In this document: positions 11,742 through 21,704 of the stretch, in pieces
Layout of the letters: each line of letters begins with the position of its first letter
How positions within the stretch are numbered: position 1 is the stretch's first letter
NCBI GenBank assembly: GCA_037443035.1
Contig: JBBIPC010000009.1
Coordinates: 12,618-76,617, forward strand
Source of the DNA: Chthonomonadales bacterium
GTDB lineage: Bacteria > Armatimonadota > Chthonomonadetes > Chthonomonadales > CAJBBX01
Reading direction: 5' to 3'
DNA: 64,000 nucleotides
Made by a program: the position numbers and the translations under genes
Notes under the pieces: generated by a model
What the model was told of the DNA's origin: nothing
Databases searched by the model: none
Seen by the model: only the letters and a program-made list of their open reading frames with translations

Positions 11742-12729
11742 GGACCTCCGAGAGCGGCACCGGTCGGCCCGATGCGGCAGAGCGATAGGCGCATTCTGCC
11801 ATGGCCACAGCGATGCGGCCATCCTCGCCTGTGAATAGAGGCTCGGTGCCGAAGGTGAGAGAGTCGATCCACGAAGTCAGTTCTCGTTCGTAGGGGTTCT
11901 GTCCACCGACATCTGCCTGGTGCACCTCCTCCACCTGCCCTCCCACCTTCTGGAACCTGAGTGAGCCAGAGAACCCTCCGTGGACAATGTTGCCGCCAGT
12001 ACCCTGGATATGCACTCGATACTCCCCAATGGGTGAAGACATACTGCCATGCAAGAAGCCCGAGCCGCCATTGGCAAAATCAACGAGCACGAAGCATTGA
12101 TCCTCGTACTCCATGCCGCCGAGGATATTGTCCACCCTCGCCGTGACCCTCACTGGCTGCCCCATGACGGCGCGCATGTAGTCCAGTTCGTGCACATGGA
12201 CTTCGTAGAGGAGGCCACCCGCGAGGCTTCGTCGCGCGCGCCATCCCGAGTGAAACATAGTGCCGTAGCCTGCGCGTGTTACCGAGATGGCGCGCGGCTT
12301 GCCGATGACGCCGTCGGCAATGAGACGAAGCGAGTGTCGAAAAAGCGGGAACAGACGTAGTACATGCCCGACGAACAAGGGCACGCCGGCCTTCCGGCAG
12401 GCTGCGATCATCTTGTCGCATTCGGCCACGGAGATGCCAAGCGGCTTCTCGCAATAGATCGCCTTGCGGGCTGCGGCAGCGGCAAGCACGCCCTCCAAGT
12501 GTGCCCCTGGAGGCGAGGCGACGATTACGGCGTCCACATCAGCCCGCGCACACAGCGCGCCAAGCTCATGGACCGGCTCGGCGGCGAGATCGGCCGCTGC
12601 ATCCGCCAAAGCATTGGGGTCCGGATCGTAGACCGCCGCGATACGGCAACGCCCCAGCCGCATACACCTGTGGGCTAGATCGCGCGCCATCTTGCCACAC
12701 CCGATAACGCCAATGTTGACGTTGTCCAT
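11725..12729 (-). CDS. Gfo/Idh/MocA oxidoreductase
   Basis: IGVIGCGKMA, CEKP, GHVLR, HVHELD; SD GGAGG before ATG 12729. Confidence 0.9.
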   Translation of the reverse strand: MDNVNIGVIGCGKMARDLAHRCMRLGRCRIAAVYDPDPNALADAAADLAAEPVHELGALCARADVDAVIVASPPGAHLEGVLAAAAARKAIYCEKPLGISVAECDKMIAACRKAGVPLFVGHVLRLFPLFRHSLRLIADGVIGKPRAISVTRAGYGTMFHSGWRARRSLAGGLLYEVHVHELDYMRAVMGQPVRVTARVDNILGGMEYEDQCFVLVDFANGGSGFLHGSMSSPIGEYRVHIQGTGGNIVHGGFSGSLRFQKVGGQVEEVHQADVGGQNPYERELTSWIDSLTFGTEPLFTGEDGRIAVAMAECAYRSAASGRPVPLSEVLTASG

Positions 12730-12773
12730 GCGGCCCCCTCCTTCGGGCACCGTCACTCAGATTCGGGTTGCTG

Positions 12774-13757
12774 CTAACGTAAGGTGACGACCGTTCCTTC
12801 CGATGCCGACCGATACGCGGCCAGAGCAACTTCGGCCGCACGCAGTCCATCCTCGCCTGTCACGGGCACAGGTGTCTCGTCCCGCACCGCCGCAACGAAC
12901 GACCGGAGCATCAGCTCATCTATATTGCTTCCCCACATGTGCCACGAAACGCCGCCCATCTTGTCGGAGTACAGTACGAGGTTCTGGGAAAACATGTCCA
13001 GGTACAGAGTACCCCTCTCGCACACCACTGCGAGCGTCACATCGCCCCACGTTGGGAACGACTTCGGTCGCGACCAGGAGCTGTCCAGCGTCGCGAAGAC
13101 GCCCTTCCGGAACCGCATGGACAGGAAGCCGATGTCATCGAACTCCTTCCCGAACATGCGGTTGGACACCTCGGCGTAGACGCTGCTGACCTCATCCTGG
13201 AGCAGCCAGCGCATGAGATCTGTCACATGCACGGTATGGTCTATGACGGCACCGCCTCCACTCAGACTCTTGTCCACAAACCAACCAAATGGACAGCGTC
13301 CGCGGTTGGTGCCACGAATGGCAAGTACAGCACCCGCTTGGCCACTGTCCACGCATGCTTTCAGCCTGGCCATGGCAGGACTGAATCGGCACGGGAACGC
13401 GGTCATGAGCTGAACGCCACTGGCATGGCACGCGGCGATCATGGCCTCCCCGTCCTCTACCGTCGTGGCAAGCGGCTTCTCACAGAGAACGTGCTTGCGC
13501 GCAGACGCCGCCATCTCGCAGAGAGACCGGTGCCGGACGTTCTCCGACCCGATCACCACCGCATCTATGTCCGCCGACAGCAACGCCTCGTAGCTGTCGA
13601 ACGCCTTGGTCCCGAACTGCTGCGCCGCCGCTCTGGCCCGCTCGGCGTCGTGATCTGCAATGCCAACGAGCTCCGCGCCCTCGATCGCGCGGATGGCTGC
13701 CGCGTAGCTGTACGCGTGCATATGAGCCATGCTCAGAATACCGATCTTCACGTTCAT
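12774..13757 (-). CDS. Gfo/Idh/MocA oxidoreductase (SMAHMHA subtype)
   Basis: CEKP, AFPCRF, GGGAVIDHTVH. Confidence 0.9.
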   Translation of the reverse strand: MNVKIGILSMAHMHAYSYAAAIRAIEGAELVGIADHDAERARAAAQQFGTKAFDSYEALLSADIDAVVIGSENVRHRSLCEMAASARKHVLCEKPLATTVEDGEAMIAACHASGVQLMTAFPCRFSPAMARLKACVDSGQAGAVLAIRGTNRGRCPFGWFVDKSLSGGGAVIDHTVHVTDLMRWLLQDEVSSVYAEVSNRMFGKEFDDIGFLSMRFRKGVFATLDSSWSRPKSFPTWGDVTLAVVCERGTLYLDMFSQNLVLYSDKMGGVSWHMWGSNIDELMLRSFVAAVRDETPVPVTGEDGLRAAEVALAAYRSASEGTVVTLR

Positions 13758-13782
13758 CGCTTGCCTTCCTCTCGTCTTCATC

Positions 13783-14790
13783 CTATCGCAGTTGGACCGG
13801 TCTTCCAGTGGCCGCCGAGTCTATGGCCGCCAGGGCGATGCGGACCGCCTCCTTGCCGTCTTCCGGTGTGATGGATGGCTGTGCGCCCGTGCGCAGGCAC
13901 GATACGAAGTGCGCGAGCTCGAGGTAGTAAGGACTTTCGGCCGTCGGGTTCTCGGGAACCGCTACCCCGGGACCTGAGCCGGCAGGCCCCTCCAGAGCCG
14001 CGATGTATGCCGGGGACGTGGGTTGGTTGAAGTTGTACTCGAGAAGCCCTTCCTGACCGGCAATCTCGATGGCCACCTTGAAGCCTCCCGGATCGGCCCA
14101 TGTTCCCTCGACGTGCCCTATGACGCCAGACGCGAAGCGGAGCGTAACGAGGGCGTAGTCCTTCGTCACCTCCGCTGACGCCCCCTGGCCAGCGGCAAGC
14201 CCGTACGCGAAGACCCGCTCCACTTCGCCAAACGTCCACCGGAGCCAGTCGAAATCGTGGATGATGAGATCCAGTATGACCCCGCCGCTCAACTCCATCC
14301 TGCCGTACCAGTTGTTCCAGGCGCGCGGGAAGGGTCCACCGCGACGTGTCCGCACGCAAGCCACTGTTCCCACAGCACCCGAGAGGACCTGCGTGCGCGC
14401 CAAGGCATACTCTGGGAAGAATCGGAGCACATGGGCGGGGAACAGAGGCACCCCCGCTCTGCGACATGCTTCCATCATGCGCGCGCAATCCGCCACAGTT
14501 CGCCCCATGGGCTTCTCGACGACGATCCCCTTGGGCCGAGCCTCGGCGGCCATACATACGTACTCGGCATGCCACGGCGTCGGCACGCAGACATCCACAA
14601 CGTCCGGTTCGGTCTGATCGAGCATGGCGCCAGCGTCGCTATAGGCGGTCGCCCCCACATCCCTGGCCAGCTTATCGGCTGCTTCTGCACTGCTATCGAA
14701 GACCGCCGCTACGGACACGTCGGGCATCCGCTGGTAGCACTGGGCGTGCGTGCGCGCCATGCCGCCAGCGCCAATCATGGCTACTTTCAT
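13783..14790 (-). CDS. Gfo/Idh/MocA oxidoreductase
   Basis: IGAGGMA, VPTPWH, VEKP, SGGVILDLIIHDFD. Confidence 0.9.
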   Translation of the reverse strand: MKVAMIGAGGMARTHAQCYQRMPDVSVAAVFDSSAEAADKLARDVGATAYSDAGAMLDQTEPDVVDVCVPTPWHAEYVCMAAEARPKGIVVEKPMGRTVADCARMMEACRRAGVPLFPAHVLRFFPEYALARTQVLSGAVGTVACVRTRRGGPFPRAWNNWYGRMELSGGVILDLIIHDFDWLRWTFGEVERVFAYGLAAGQGASAEVTKDYALVTLRFASGVIGHVEGTWADPGGFKVAIEIAGQEGLLEYNFNQPTSPAYIAALEGPAGSGPGVAVPENPTAESPYYLELAHFVSCLRTGAQPSITPEDGKEAVRIALAAIDSAATGRPVQLR

Positions 14791-14828
14791 TCCAGCACCT
14801 CGTTCCATGGAAGGTGATCCTAGCTTCT

Positions 14829-14854
14829 ATTCGGACGTCTTGTCGGGGAATCCT
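14829..14854 (-). promoter_or_regulatory. Putative SigH(Spo0H)-like promoter for the Gfo/Idh/MocA trio
   Basis: Minus strand reads AGGA-ttccccgacaagacgtcc(18 nt)-GAAT, matching the AGGA-N17/18-GAAT pattern, about 40 nt upstream of ATG 14790. Confidence 0.4.
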
Positions 14855-14959
14855 TCAGCCGCGAGAGCGCTTTCCTCGGATCGGCTTCGGGTACCATCAG
14901 AGGTGCGATGGTGGGGCGTGCCGGCGGGCACTCCACCGAGAACCGCACGGGAGGCTACT

Positions 14960-15817
14960 TTGACCCGTCTGAGACTCGGCCATAGCCCGGACTCGGATGA
15001 TGCGTTCATGTTCTGGGGATTGGCTTCGGGACGCGTTACGGCGTCCGGGTTGGAGTTCGAGCACATCTTGCGAGACATCGAAACGCTGAACCAGTGGGCG
15101 CTGGAAGGCCGTCTCGAGATCACCGCGGTCTCGGCACACGCTTACGCTTTCGTCGCCGATCGTTACCTGATCTTGCCCCACGGCGCCAGCATGGGCGATG
15201 GATACGGTCCGAAGGTGGTCGTGCGTCAGCCGATTGCTCCGGAAGAGCTTGCCGGCAAGCGCCTGGCCGTTCCTGGCAAGCTCACGAGCGCGTTTCTGGC
15301 CTTTCTCCTTTGGTGGCACGGACGACCGTCGTCGAGCAGCGGCGAACCTCCGCGATACGTCGTCGCACCGTTCGATCGGATCATGGAGATGGTTGCAGCC
15401 GGGGAGGCAGATGCTGGCCTTATTATTCACGAGGGACAGCTTACCTACGGTAGCCTGGGACTCACGCAAGTGCTCGATCTTGGAGAGTGGTGGCTTGCCG
15501 GTACTGGTCTCCCCCTGCCGCTGGGCCTCAACGTCATCCGCCGGGACCTTCCCATGGATGTGTCGAACGCGGCGTCCCAGGCGCTCCGTGCCAGCATTCT
15601 CGCAGGTCTCGAGAACCGACGCGAAGCGCTGGAACATGCGCTGCAATTCGCCAGGGGTCTTCCGACGGAAACGGCGGATCAGTTCGTGGGCATGTACGTC
15701 AACGACTGGACTGTGGACTTGGGCGAACGTGGCCGCACGGCGGTTCAACGATTCCTCGGCGATGCTGCCTCACTGGGTCTGGTCCCACCACTGCCCCAGA
15801 CCGTGTTCAGCGCCTAG
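14960..15817 (+). CDS. mqnD: 1,4-dihydroxy-6-naphthoate synthase (futalosine pathway)
   Basis: GHSPDSDDAFMF, DIETLN, GASMGDGYGP, LIIHEGQLTY, LPLPLG, MYVND; TTG start with SD GGAGG. Confidence 0.9.
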   Translation: MTRLRLGHSPDSDDAFMFWGLASGRVTASGLEFEHILRDIETLNQWALEGRLEITAVSAHAYAFVADRYLILPHGASMGDGYGPKVVVRQPIAPEELAGKRLAVPGKLTSAFLAFLLWWHGRPSSSSGEPPRYVVAPFDRIMEMVAAGEADAGLIIHEGQLTYGSLGLTQVLDLGEWWLAGTGLPLPLGLNVIRRDLPMDVSNAASQALRASILAGLENRREALEHALQFARGLPTETADQFVGMYVNDWTVDLGERGRTAVQRFLGDAASLGLVPPLPQTVFSA

Positions 15818-16147
15818 TCAGTCGTTCTCGTCTGCATCACGGAAAAGCACATCGAAGCGGTCCGCGAGGTGGTGCTGCAGCATCTCGAACGATAGCTCGA
15901 AGGCCATGGTCCACAGGAGAATGAGGGCTTCGTCAGACGGGAAATCGAGAACTCGCGAGAAGAAGTCCTTGAGGATCTCCTCGTAGGTCGTCTTGGGCTC
16001 GTCGAGGACAATTCGGCGTCGCAGCCTCGTCTCGTGCTGACGCAGGGACAGCTCGTTCAGGAACTCCCGCACGTTGGCAGGCGTGGCATGCTCCAGGTTC
16101 GGGCCAAACTCCCGTCGGATGGCACGCCGAAAGTCCTCGATCTTCAT
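15818..16147 (-). CDS. Hypothetical protein (about 109 aa, helical and acidic)
   Basis: Codirectional with pfkA; coding-like composition; MKIEDFRRAIRREFG start at 16147. Confidence 0.7.
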   Translation of the reverse strand: MKIEDFRRAIRREFGPNLEHATPANVREFLNELSLRQHETRLRRRIVLDEPKTTYEEILKDFFSRVLDFPSDEALILLWTMAFELSFEMLQHHLADRFDVLFRDADEND

Positions 16148-16200
16148 GCGCTCATCTCTCTCTACGTCATGCTCCGTGGACCAGCCGGACTCTGAAGTGC

Positions 16201-17166
16201 TTACGTCGCCGTGACCGCGATCAGGTCTAGCAAGGCGTTGTCCGGTTGGCGGGGCCCCTCCATGACGCGCTCCATGGGGCACGTTGCGATCTGCTCACCT
16301 TCTCCCAAGCCCACCATGAGTCCAGCATGGCCCTCCAGGAGCAACCGCACCGCATGGTGGCCAAACCGCGTGGCCAGGACCCGGTCTCTGGCGGTCGGTC
16401 GGCCGCCACGCTGGATGTATCCGAGGACCGTCAGCCTCGCACTCACGCCGGCCCTTGCCTCGAGCTCGCGCGCTACGGACTCGCCCTTCGCCGCGCCCTC
16501 GGCCACGACAATGATGCTCGAGCGCTTGCCTTCGGCCTGCCATCGCCTGACGGCGAGCGCCAGTGCCTCGTAATCCACCGGCCTCTCAGGGATCAGCACG
16601 GCTTCTGCGCCGCCCGCGAGACCTGCTTCGAGGGCGATGAAGCCCGACATGCGGCCCATGACCTCCACGATCGAGACCTTCTCGTGAGCCTCTGAGGTGT
16701 CGCGAATGCGGTCAATGCTATCCAGAGCTGTGTTGACGGCTGTATCGAAACCGATCGTGTAGAGGGTGCCACGGATGTCGTTGTCTATGGTTCCTGGCAC
16801 ACCGATAATCGAGACGCTATGCTCCGCCGCGAGCGCTACTGCTCCCCGATAGGTTCCGTCACCGCCGATGGCGACGAGGCCATCTATGCCAGCCTGCGCC
16901 AGATTCCGCGCCGCACGTTCCCGCCCCTCCGGCGACTTGAACTCCTCGCTACGTGCGGTGTGCAGGATCGTGCCACCCTGATAGATGATGCCGCTGACCG
17001 AGCGACTGCCCATGGGCACGAACTGACGGTGAATAAGCCCGTGGAAGCCCCGCTCTACGCCCACGACTTCCACGCCTGCCGCACACGCGGATCGAACAAC
17101 CGCCCGTATGGCGGCATTCATGCCAGGAGCATCGCCACCGCTCGTTAGAACGCCGATCCTGCGCAC
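16201..17166 (-). CDS. pfkA: ATP-dependent 6-phosphofructokinase
   Basis: LTSGGDAPGMN, IGGDGT, PGTIDND, EVMGR, LGYIQRGG. Confidence 0.96.
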   Translation of the reverse strand: MRRIGVLTSGGDAPGMNAAIRAVVRSACAAGVEVVGVERGFHGLIHRQFVPMGSRSVSGIIYQGGTILHTARSEEFKSPEGRERAARNLAQAGIDGLVAIGGDGTYRGAVALAAEHSVSIIGVPGTIDNDIRGTLYTIGFDTAVNTALDSIDRIRDTSEAHEKVSIVEVMGRMSGFIALEAGLAGGAEAVLIPERPVDYEALALAVRRWQAEGKRSSIIVVAEGAAKGESVARELEARAGVSARLTVLGYIQRGGRPTARDRVLATRFGHHAVRLLLEGHAGLMVGLGEGEQIATCPMERVMEGPRQPDNALLDLIAVTAT

Positions 17167-17198
17167 CGCTCCGCCACGACTCCTCGCCTTCACGTCGC

Positions 17199-17726
17199 CT
17201 ACTCCGGCTCGATGAGGCCGTAGCCTCCGTTCTGTCGCCGGTAGATAGCATTGATCTCGCCCGATTCGACATTGCGGAAGAGGAAGAAGTCATGGCCCAG
17301 AAGCTCCATCTGCCTCGCAGCCTCCTCCACCGCCATGGGCTTCATCGCGTAACGTTTCCGCCGCATGACAACCGGCGTAAAGCCTTCCTCTTCCACGAAA
17401 GGCTCTGCTTCTCCCTCGTCATCCGACGGTGGCTTGCGTCGCTCGTCGCGAAGGCGGGCCTTGAACTTGAGCGCTTGTCGCTCCAACTTGGCGATGACGT
17501 TGCCAATCGCCGCATGCAGATCGCTGTTCCGTTCCTGACTCCTAAGGAGCGTGCCGTCTCCCTCCGCCGTTAGCTCCGCCACGTGAAGCCCCCGCTCCTT
17601 ACCGACCACCAGCTCCAGACGCTGCAGGTCCCGAAAGTACCTGTCTAGCTTGCTAGCTTTGTCTTCGGCATAGCGCCGAATTCTCAGCGGCAGTTCACCG
17701 TTGAACGACTTGATGGTCAGATCCAT
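17199..17726 (-). CDS. hpf: Ribosome hibernation promoting factor (long HPF/RaiA)
   Basis: N-terminal HPF domain (YAEDKASKLDRYF) plus C-terminal KPMAVEEAARQMELLGHDFFLF...YRRQNGGYGLI. Confidence 0.92.
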   Translation of the reverse strand: MDLTIKSFNGELPLRIRRYAEDKASKLDRYFRDLQRLELVVGKERGLHVAELTAEGDGTLLRSQERNSDLHAAIGNVIAKLERQALKFKARLRDERRKPPSDDEGEAEPFVEEEGFTPVVMRRKRYAMKPMAVEEAARQMELLGHDFFLFRNVESGEINAIYRRQNGGYGLIEPE

Positions 17727-17730
17727 GTCA

Positions 17731-18969
17731 TCACCTCTCCCTATCTGTCGCATGGCCGCCACGGGACGGCGCGCGCACTAGCGTTGCCACCGCCCAGCAG
17801 GCCATTCCCTCCTTGCGGCCAACGAAGCCGATGCCTTCGTTCGTCGTGGCTTTGATGCTGATCCTTTCCGCTGGAATGCCGGCTGCCTCTCCGATAGCCT
17901 CGCGCATGGCCTGACGATAGGGGCCAACGCGTGGCTGTTCTGCAACCAAGGTGACATCGAGCCATGCCAAACGCCACCCTCTGGCAGTGGCCCGCCGAGC
18001 CGCTTCTCGGACAAAGTCGCAGCTCCGGCGGTCCCGATTGCGTGGGTCGGTATCGGGAAATAACACGCCGATGTCGCCCTCGCCCACCGCGCCAAGAATG
18101 GAGTCGCAGACGGCATGCATGACAACATCGGCATCGGAGTGTCCCAGTAGACCTGCGGTGTGCGGGATCTCCACCCCGCCCAGCCACAACGGACGGCCGT
18201 CCACGATGCGATGCACATCATAGCCGAATCCTGTCCGGAAGGTATCCTGGTCCCCCAGGTGATCCTCCGTACTGCCAGCATCACGTGACTGACTTCTGCA
18301 AGTAAGAATACGTTCCACGCGGGCCAAGTCCTCCGGCAGGGTTACCTTGACATTGTCTGGATCACCCGGGATGATGAAGACTGGATAGCCGGCTCGTTCC
18401 AGGAGGGCGGCCTCATCCGTGGGCGCTGGATCGGCGCTATTCCATTGCCGGTAGGCATCTTCGAGCCACGACCGTCTGGCGCCCTGTGGAGTCTGCACCG
18501 CCCACAGACCGCTTCGCTCCAGGGTCTCCGCAACGCACCCCTGGCCGTCTGCTCTCTTCACGGTATCTGCCAGTGGCACGCCGGGTATCGCAGCGCCATA
18601 GCTGGCGACACCCCGCAGCACATCTTCGATGAGTCTCGCCGTCACGGCTGGACGAGCAGCGTCATGGACGAGGACCGTTTCGACTTCGTCGGGTAGTACT
18701 GCCAGTCCGGCCCGAACCGACTCCGCTCGTATCTTGCCGCCCGGTACAACCGCGTGAACACCGCCGATTGCACTGGTAAGCTCACGGGCACGGGACAGCT
18801 CATGCTCAGCGACCACAACGACGAGTGCCTCGACAAGCGGATGCTCAGCAAACGCCCTGATGGACCACTCGAGAACGGAGCGCCCCAGCAACTCAGCCCA
18901 GACCTTGTTCTCCCCTCTACCGAACCTTGATCCGCTGCCCGCTGCTGGGAGCACCGCCCCCACTTTCAC
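17731..18969 (-). CDS. ispDF: Bifunctional IspD/IspF (MEP pathway)
   Basis: AAGSGSRFG, VHDAARP, VQTPQ, then GFGYDVH, GHSDADV, IKATTNE; SD GGAGGAGG before GTG 18969. Confidence 0.94.
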   Translation of the reverse strand: MKVGAVLPAAGSGSRFGRGENKVWAELLGRSVLEWSIRAFAEHPLVEALVVVVAEHELSRARELTSAIGGVHAVVPGGKIRAESVRAGLAVLPDEVETVLVHDAARPAVTARLIEDVLRGVASYGAAIPGVPLADTVKRADGQGCVAETLERSGLWAVQTPQGARRSWLEDAYRQWNSADPAPTDEAALLERAGYPVFIIPGDPDNVKVTLPEDLARVERILTCRSQSRDAGSTEDHLGDQDTFRTGFGYDVHRIVDGRPLWLGGVEIPHTAGLLGHSDADVVMHAVCDSILGAVGEGDIGVLFPDTDPRNRDRRSCDFVREAARRATARGWRLAWLDVTLVAEQPRVGPYRQAMREAIGEAAGIPAERISIKATTNEGIGFVGRKEGMACWAVATLVRAPSRGGHATDRER

Positions 18970-20092
18970 GTGCCTCCTCCTCACCATCACATCCGTCCTT
19001 GAGCCGGGCGAAGATCATCTTGCCTGCAACCGTCTGCAGCACGCTGGTCACCACGACGTCTACCGTCTCGCCTATGCAGCGACGGCCGTCCTCCACGACA
19101 ATCATGGTGCCGTCATCGAGGTACGCAACCCCTTGATGCTGCTCCTTGCCCTCCCTGATGACGGTCACTTGCATGTCCTCGCCAGGAAGTACGACGGGCT
19201 TCAGTGCATTGGCCAGTTCATTGACGTTGAGGACCTGAACGCCCTGCAGACCGGCGACCTTGTTCAAGTTGAAGTCATTCGTGATAATGGAGGCGTTGAG
19301 CTGCTTCGCAAGCGTCACGAGCTTCGAATCCACCTCCTCACGGCGCGTTACCAGGTGAGCGATCTTGTGGTCCAGGACACGGACGACCAGCGGAAACTCC
19401 TTCTGCATAGCATGGAGGATGTCGAGCCCACGTCTGCCCCGGGCGCGTTTGAGGGGATCGCTGGAGTCGGCGATGTGCTGGAGCTCGTCGAGAACGAAAC
19501 CGGGGACATAGATCGTGCCCTCCACAAAGCCGGCACGGCAGATATCTGCAATGCGACCATCTATGATGACGTTCGTGTCCAGTATCTTGCAGCGGTCCAC
19601 TTCCACTTCGCTACCGTCCATAGCCCGCACAGCGCCCGGCCGTGGCACGAACAGGAACTCGTCCTTCATGCCCATGGTCGCACGAATGCCCAAGTAAATG
19701 AACGCGAAGCAGAGCAGTAGACTGATGGGCGGGCCGATGGTCGGAGACTTGGACAGCAAGATCAGGAAAGGAAGCGTTATAGCGAGCCCGATGATGATTC
19801 CTAGCGCTACGGCGATCTTGTCCCGCGCCGACATCTTGTCTAGCGCGTTCCCGGCAGCGACAAGCTTGGCTCCGAGCTTCGGGCCAATGATGGCACCGAG
19901 GAGCATGCCCAGGACCGTCGTCGCGGAAATGAGAAACTGGCGGTACCCAGGAATATTCCGATCGAGCTCGGCCAACGACGGTAGCTCGCCCACGCCGTGC
20001 CAGTTGACGGAGCGACTGACGGTATAAGCTACTGCGGTGGAGATGATTGTGAAGAGTATCGCAAACCATTGACGAAAATTCCTCAGGGACAC
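18917..20092 (-). CDS. Membrane-anchored PIN/TRAM domain protein (YacL family)
   Basis: Four TM segments, ILDTNVIIDGR, RGRRGLDIL, TNDFNLNK, TRAM GVAYLDDGTMIVVE; typical position upstream of ispD. Confidence 0.92.
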   Translation of the reverse strand: MSLRNFRQWFAILFTIISTAVAYTVSRSVNWHGVGELPSLAELDRNIPGYRQFLISATTVLGMLLGAIIGPKLGAKLVAAGNALDKMSARDKIAVALGIIIGLAITLPFLILLSKSPTIGPPISLLLCFAFIYLGIRATMGMKDEFLFVPRPGAVRAMDGSEVEVDRCKILDTNVIIDGRIADICRAGFVEGTIYVPGFVLDELQHIADSSDPLKRARGRRGLDILHAMQKEFPLVVRVLDHKIAHLVTRREEVDSKLVTLAKQLNASIITNDFNLNKVAGLQGVQVLNVNELANALKPVVLPGEDMQVTVIREGKEQHQGVAYLDDGTMIVVEDGRRCIGETVDVVVTSVLQTVAGKMIFARLKDGCDGEEEARESGGGAPSSGQRIKVR

Positions 20093-20144
20093 CTGTGTTC
20101 ACCTCCTCTCTTTTCTGTATGGGCAGCAAGCTAGACGTCGAGAG

Positions 20145-21635
20145 CTACCTTCCGGAGCTGATGACCCTCACCTGCAGTTTTCCGATGACTTCATAGACCC
20201 TCATCATGTCGGTGGGGTCTCCATGAGCGAACTTCACATGCGTGGCATCCACGAGATCCGTCGGTAGCGTTGCATCGTACGCGACCCAGTCACCCATCCA
20301 GCACTCGATCCACGCATGGTAATAGAACCTCCCATCGGCGTACACAACGCCACCCACCAACCGAGCTGGGATGCCGGCTGCACGTGCCAGCGCGGCAGCG
20401 AGAACCGCGTAGTCCCGGCATACGCCGCGTTTCCGCTGCAGCACATCTACGGACGAGCGAGGCACACCGATGCTGAAATCCGGCACAAGATTCCGGTGCA
20501 CCCAGTTCCGGATCCGGGAGGCCGTTCGACGTGCACTCTTGGGATCCCTGAGGCTGGCGGCAAGCTGCCGGATCCTGCCGTTGTCTATATCTAGATACGG
20601 CGCGCGACCCGCAAAACGTGCGAGGCTGGCCGACCGTATCGGAAGTCGGCGGTCCGGCGTCTGCGAGGGCACCTGGATGGCGATGCGGTAGGTTCCTGCC
20701 TTACCCGGGACCGGCGTCACCGTCTGCCGGTTGTCGGTGATCGCCAGCGACGGAGACCCAATGCCCGAAACCTCCAGCGTAAGGGAACGCAGCTTGCGAG
20801 GCTCCACGATCGGGCGATCGGTTGTCACGGCTGTGGCCAGAGCGAAGTCGGCGGGCGGCTTCAGGTCGGCGCTGGTGGTTGGAGACGAGGACATGTGTGT
20901 GGGCTCCCGCGCTGCCGCGCTCAGCGCGTCGGACTCTGGCATGCGGAACATCGCCATGCCGAGCGGCAACTCGCCCCAGAGCACTTGGCCAGGTGGCGAC
21001 TCCCACGTGCGGATACGGCCCAGAGGTGTCACGGCCAACGTGCGCACCGCGTCGAAGGCTTCGCCAGCATAGGTCACTCTTTCGCGTGCCTCTACGGTGA
21101 TCGTGGCCCTGTCGAGATTGATCGTCAGCGGATTCAGGTAATAGACAACTAGCTTGGAGCCAATGAGTGGGTCGGCACCCAGCGTCAAGAAGCTCGAGTC
21201 GGCGCTCAGCACACCATCGCCTGGAACCGTCAGTGTGCGCCGGAGCGGTGAACCGCCACTCGTGATCTCCACATCCACTTGTCGCTGCCGATAGGTCGCC
21301 CGCAGGCGCATGGTGCTCCCATTCGACGTAATGGCGTATTCCTGCGTCAGTGGCCGGAGTTTCTCATCGCACATGCTCACGATAGTACTCTCCTGCCGGA
21401 CACTCGTACCCATCAACTCGATGGTCAGTACGCCGTCGGTGGTCAGTCGGATGCGCTTACCCTCGGGAGACGCGATGTCCTCCGCCACGTACCGCATCCA
21501 CCCGATCTTGCGCCCGTTCATGTAGACGCCGTAGTAGGTCGTATCCGCGGCAGCGCTGACGCCCGTTGAGGAGAGAAGAGAGACGGCGAATGCAGCCACA
21601 CACCAGGGATTGGCAAGAGAGGGTCGCGAAGGCAA
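20145..21635 (-). CDS. Secreted transglutaminase-like (Cys-His-Asp) protein
   Basis: Signal peptide; GVCRDYA, YHAWIE, YDAT triad motifs. Confidence 0.85.
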   Translation of the reverse strand: MPSRPSLANPWCVAAFAVSLLSSTGVSAAADTTYYGVYMNGRKIGWMRYVAEDIASPEGKRIRLTTDGVLTIELMGTSVRQESTIVSMCDEKLRPLTQEYAITSNGSTMRLRATYRQRQVDVEITSGGSPLRRTLTVPGDGVLSADSSFLTLGADPLIGSKLVVYYLNPLTINLDRATITVEARERVTYAGEAFDAVRTLAVTPLGRIRTWESPPGQVLWGELPLGMAMFRMPESDALSAAAREPTHMSSSPTTSADLKPPADFALATAVTTDRPIVEPRKLRSLTLEVSGIGSPSLAITDNRQTVTPVPGKAGTYRIAIQVPSQTPDRRLPIRSASLARFAGRAPYLDIDNGRIRQLAASLRDPKSARRTASRIRNWVHRNLVPDFSIGVPRSSVDVLQRKRGVCRDYAVLAAALARAAGIPARLVGGVVYADGRFYYHAWIECWMGDWVAYDATLPTDLVDATHVKFAHGDPTDMMRVYEVIGKLQVRVISSGR

Positions 21636-21704
21636 AGCGGTTGCTCCTTTGGCGCCAGGTCCAGAAGCATCCAGCGCAGCAGTGAGCCGGACGCGGATCC
21701 AAGA

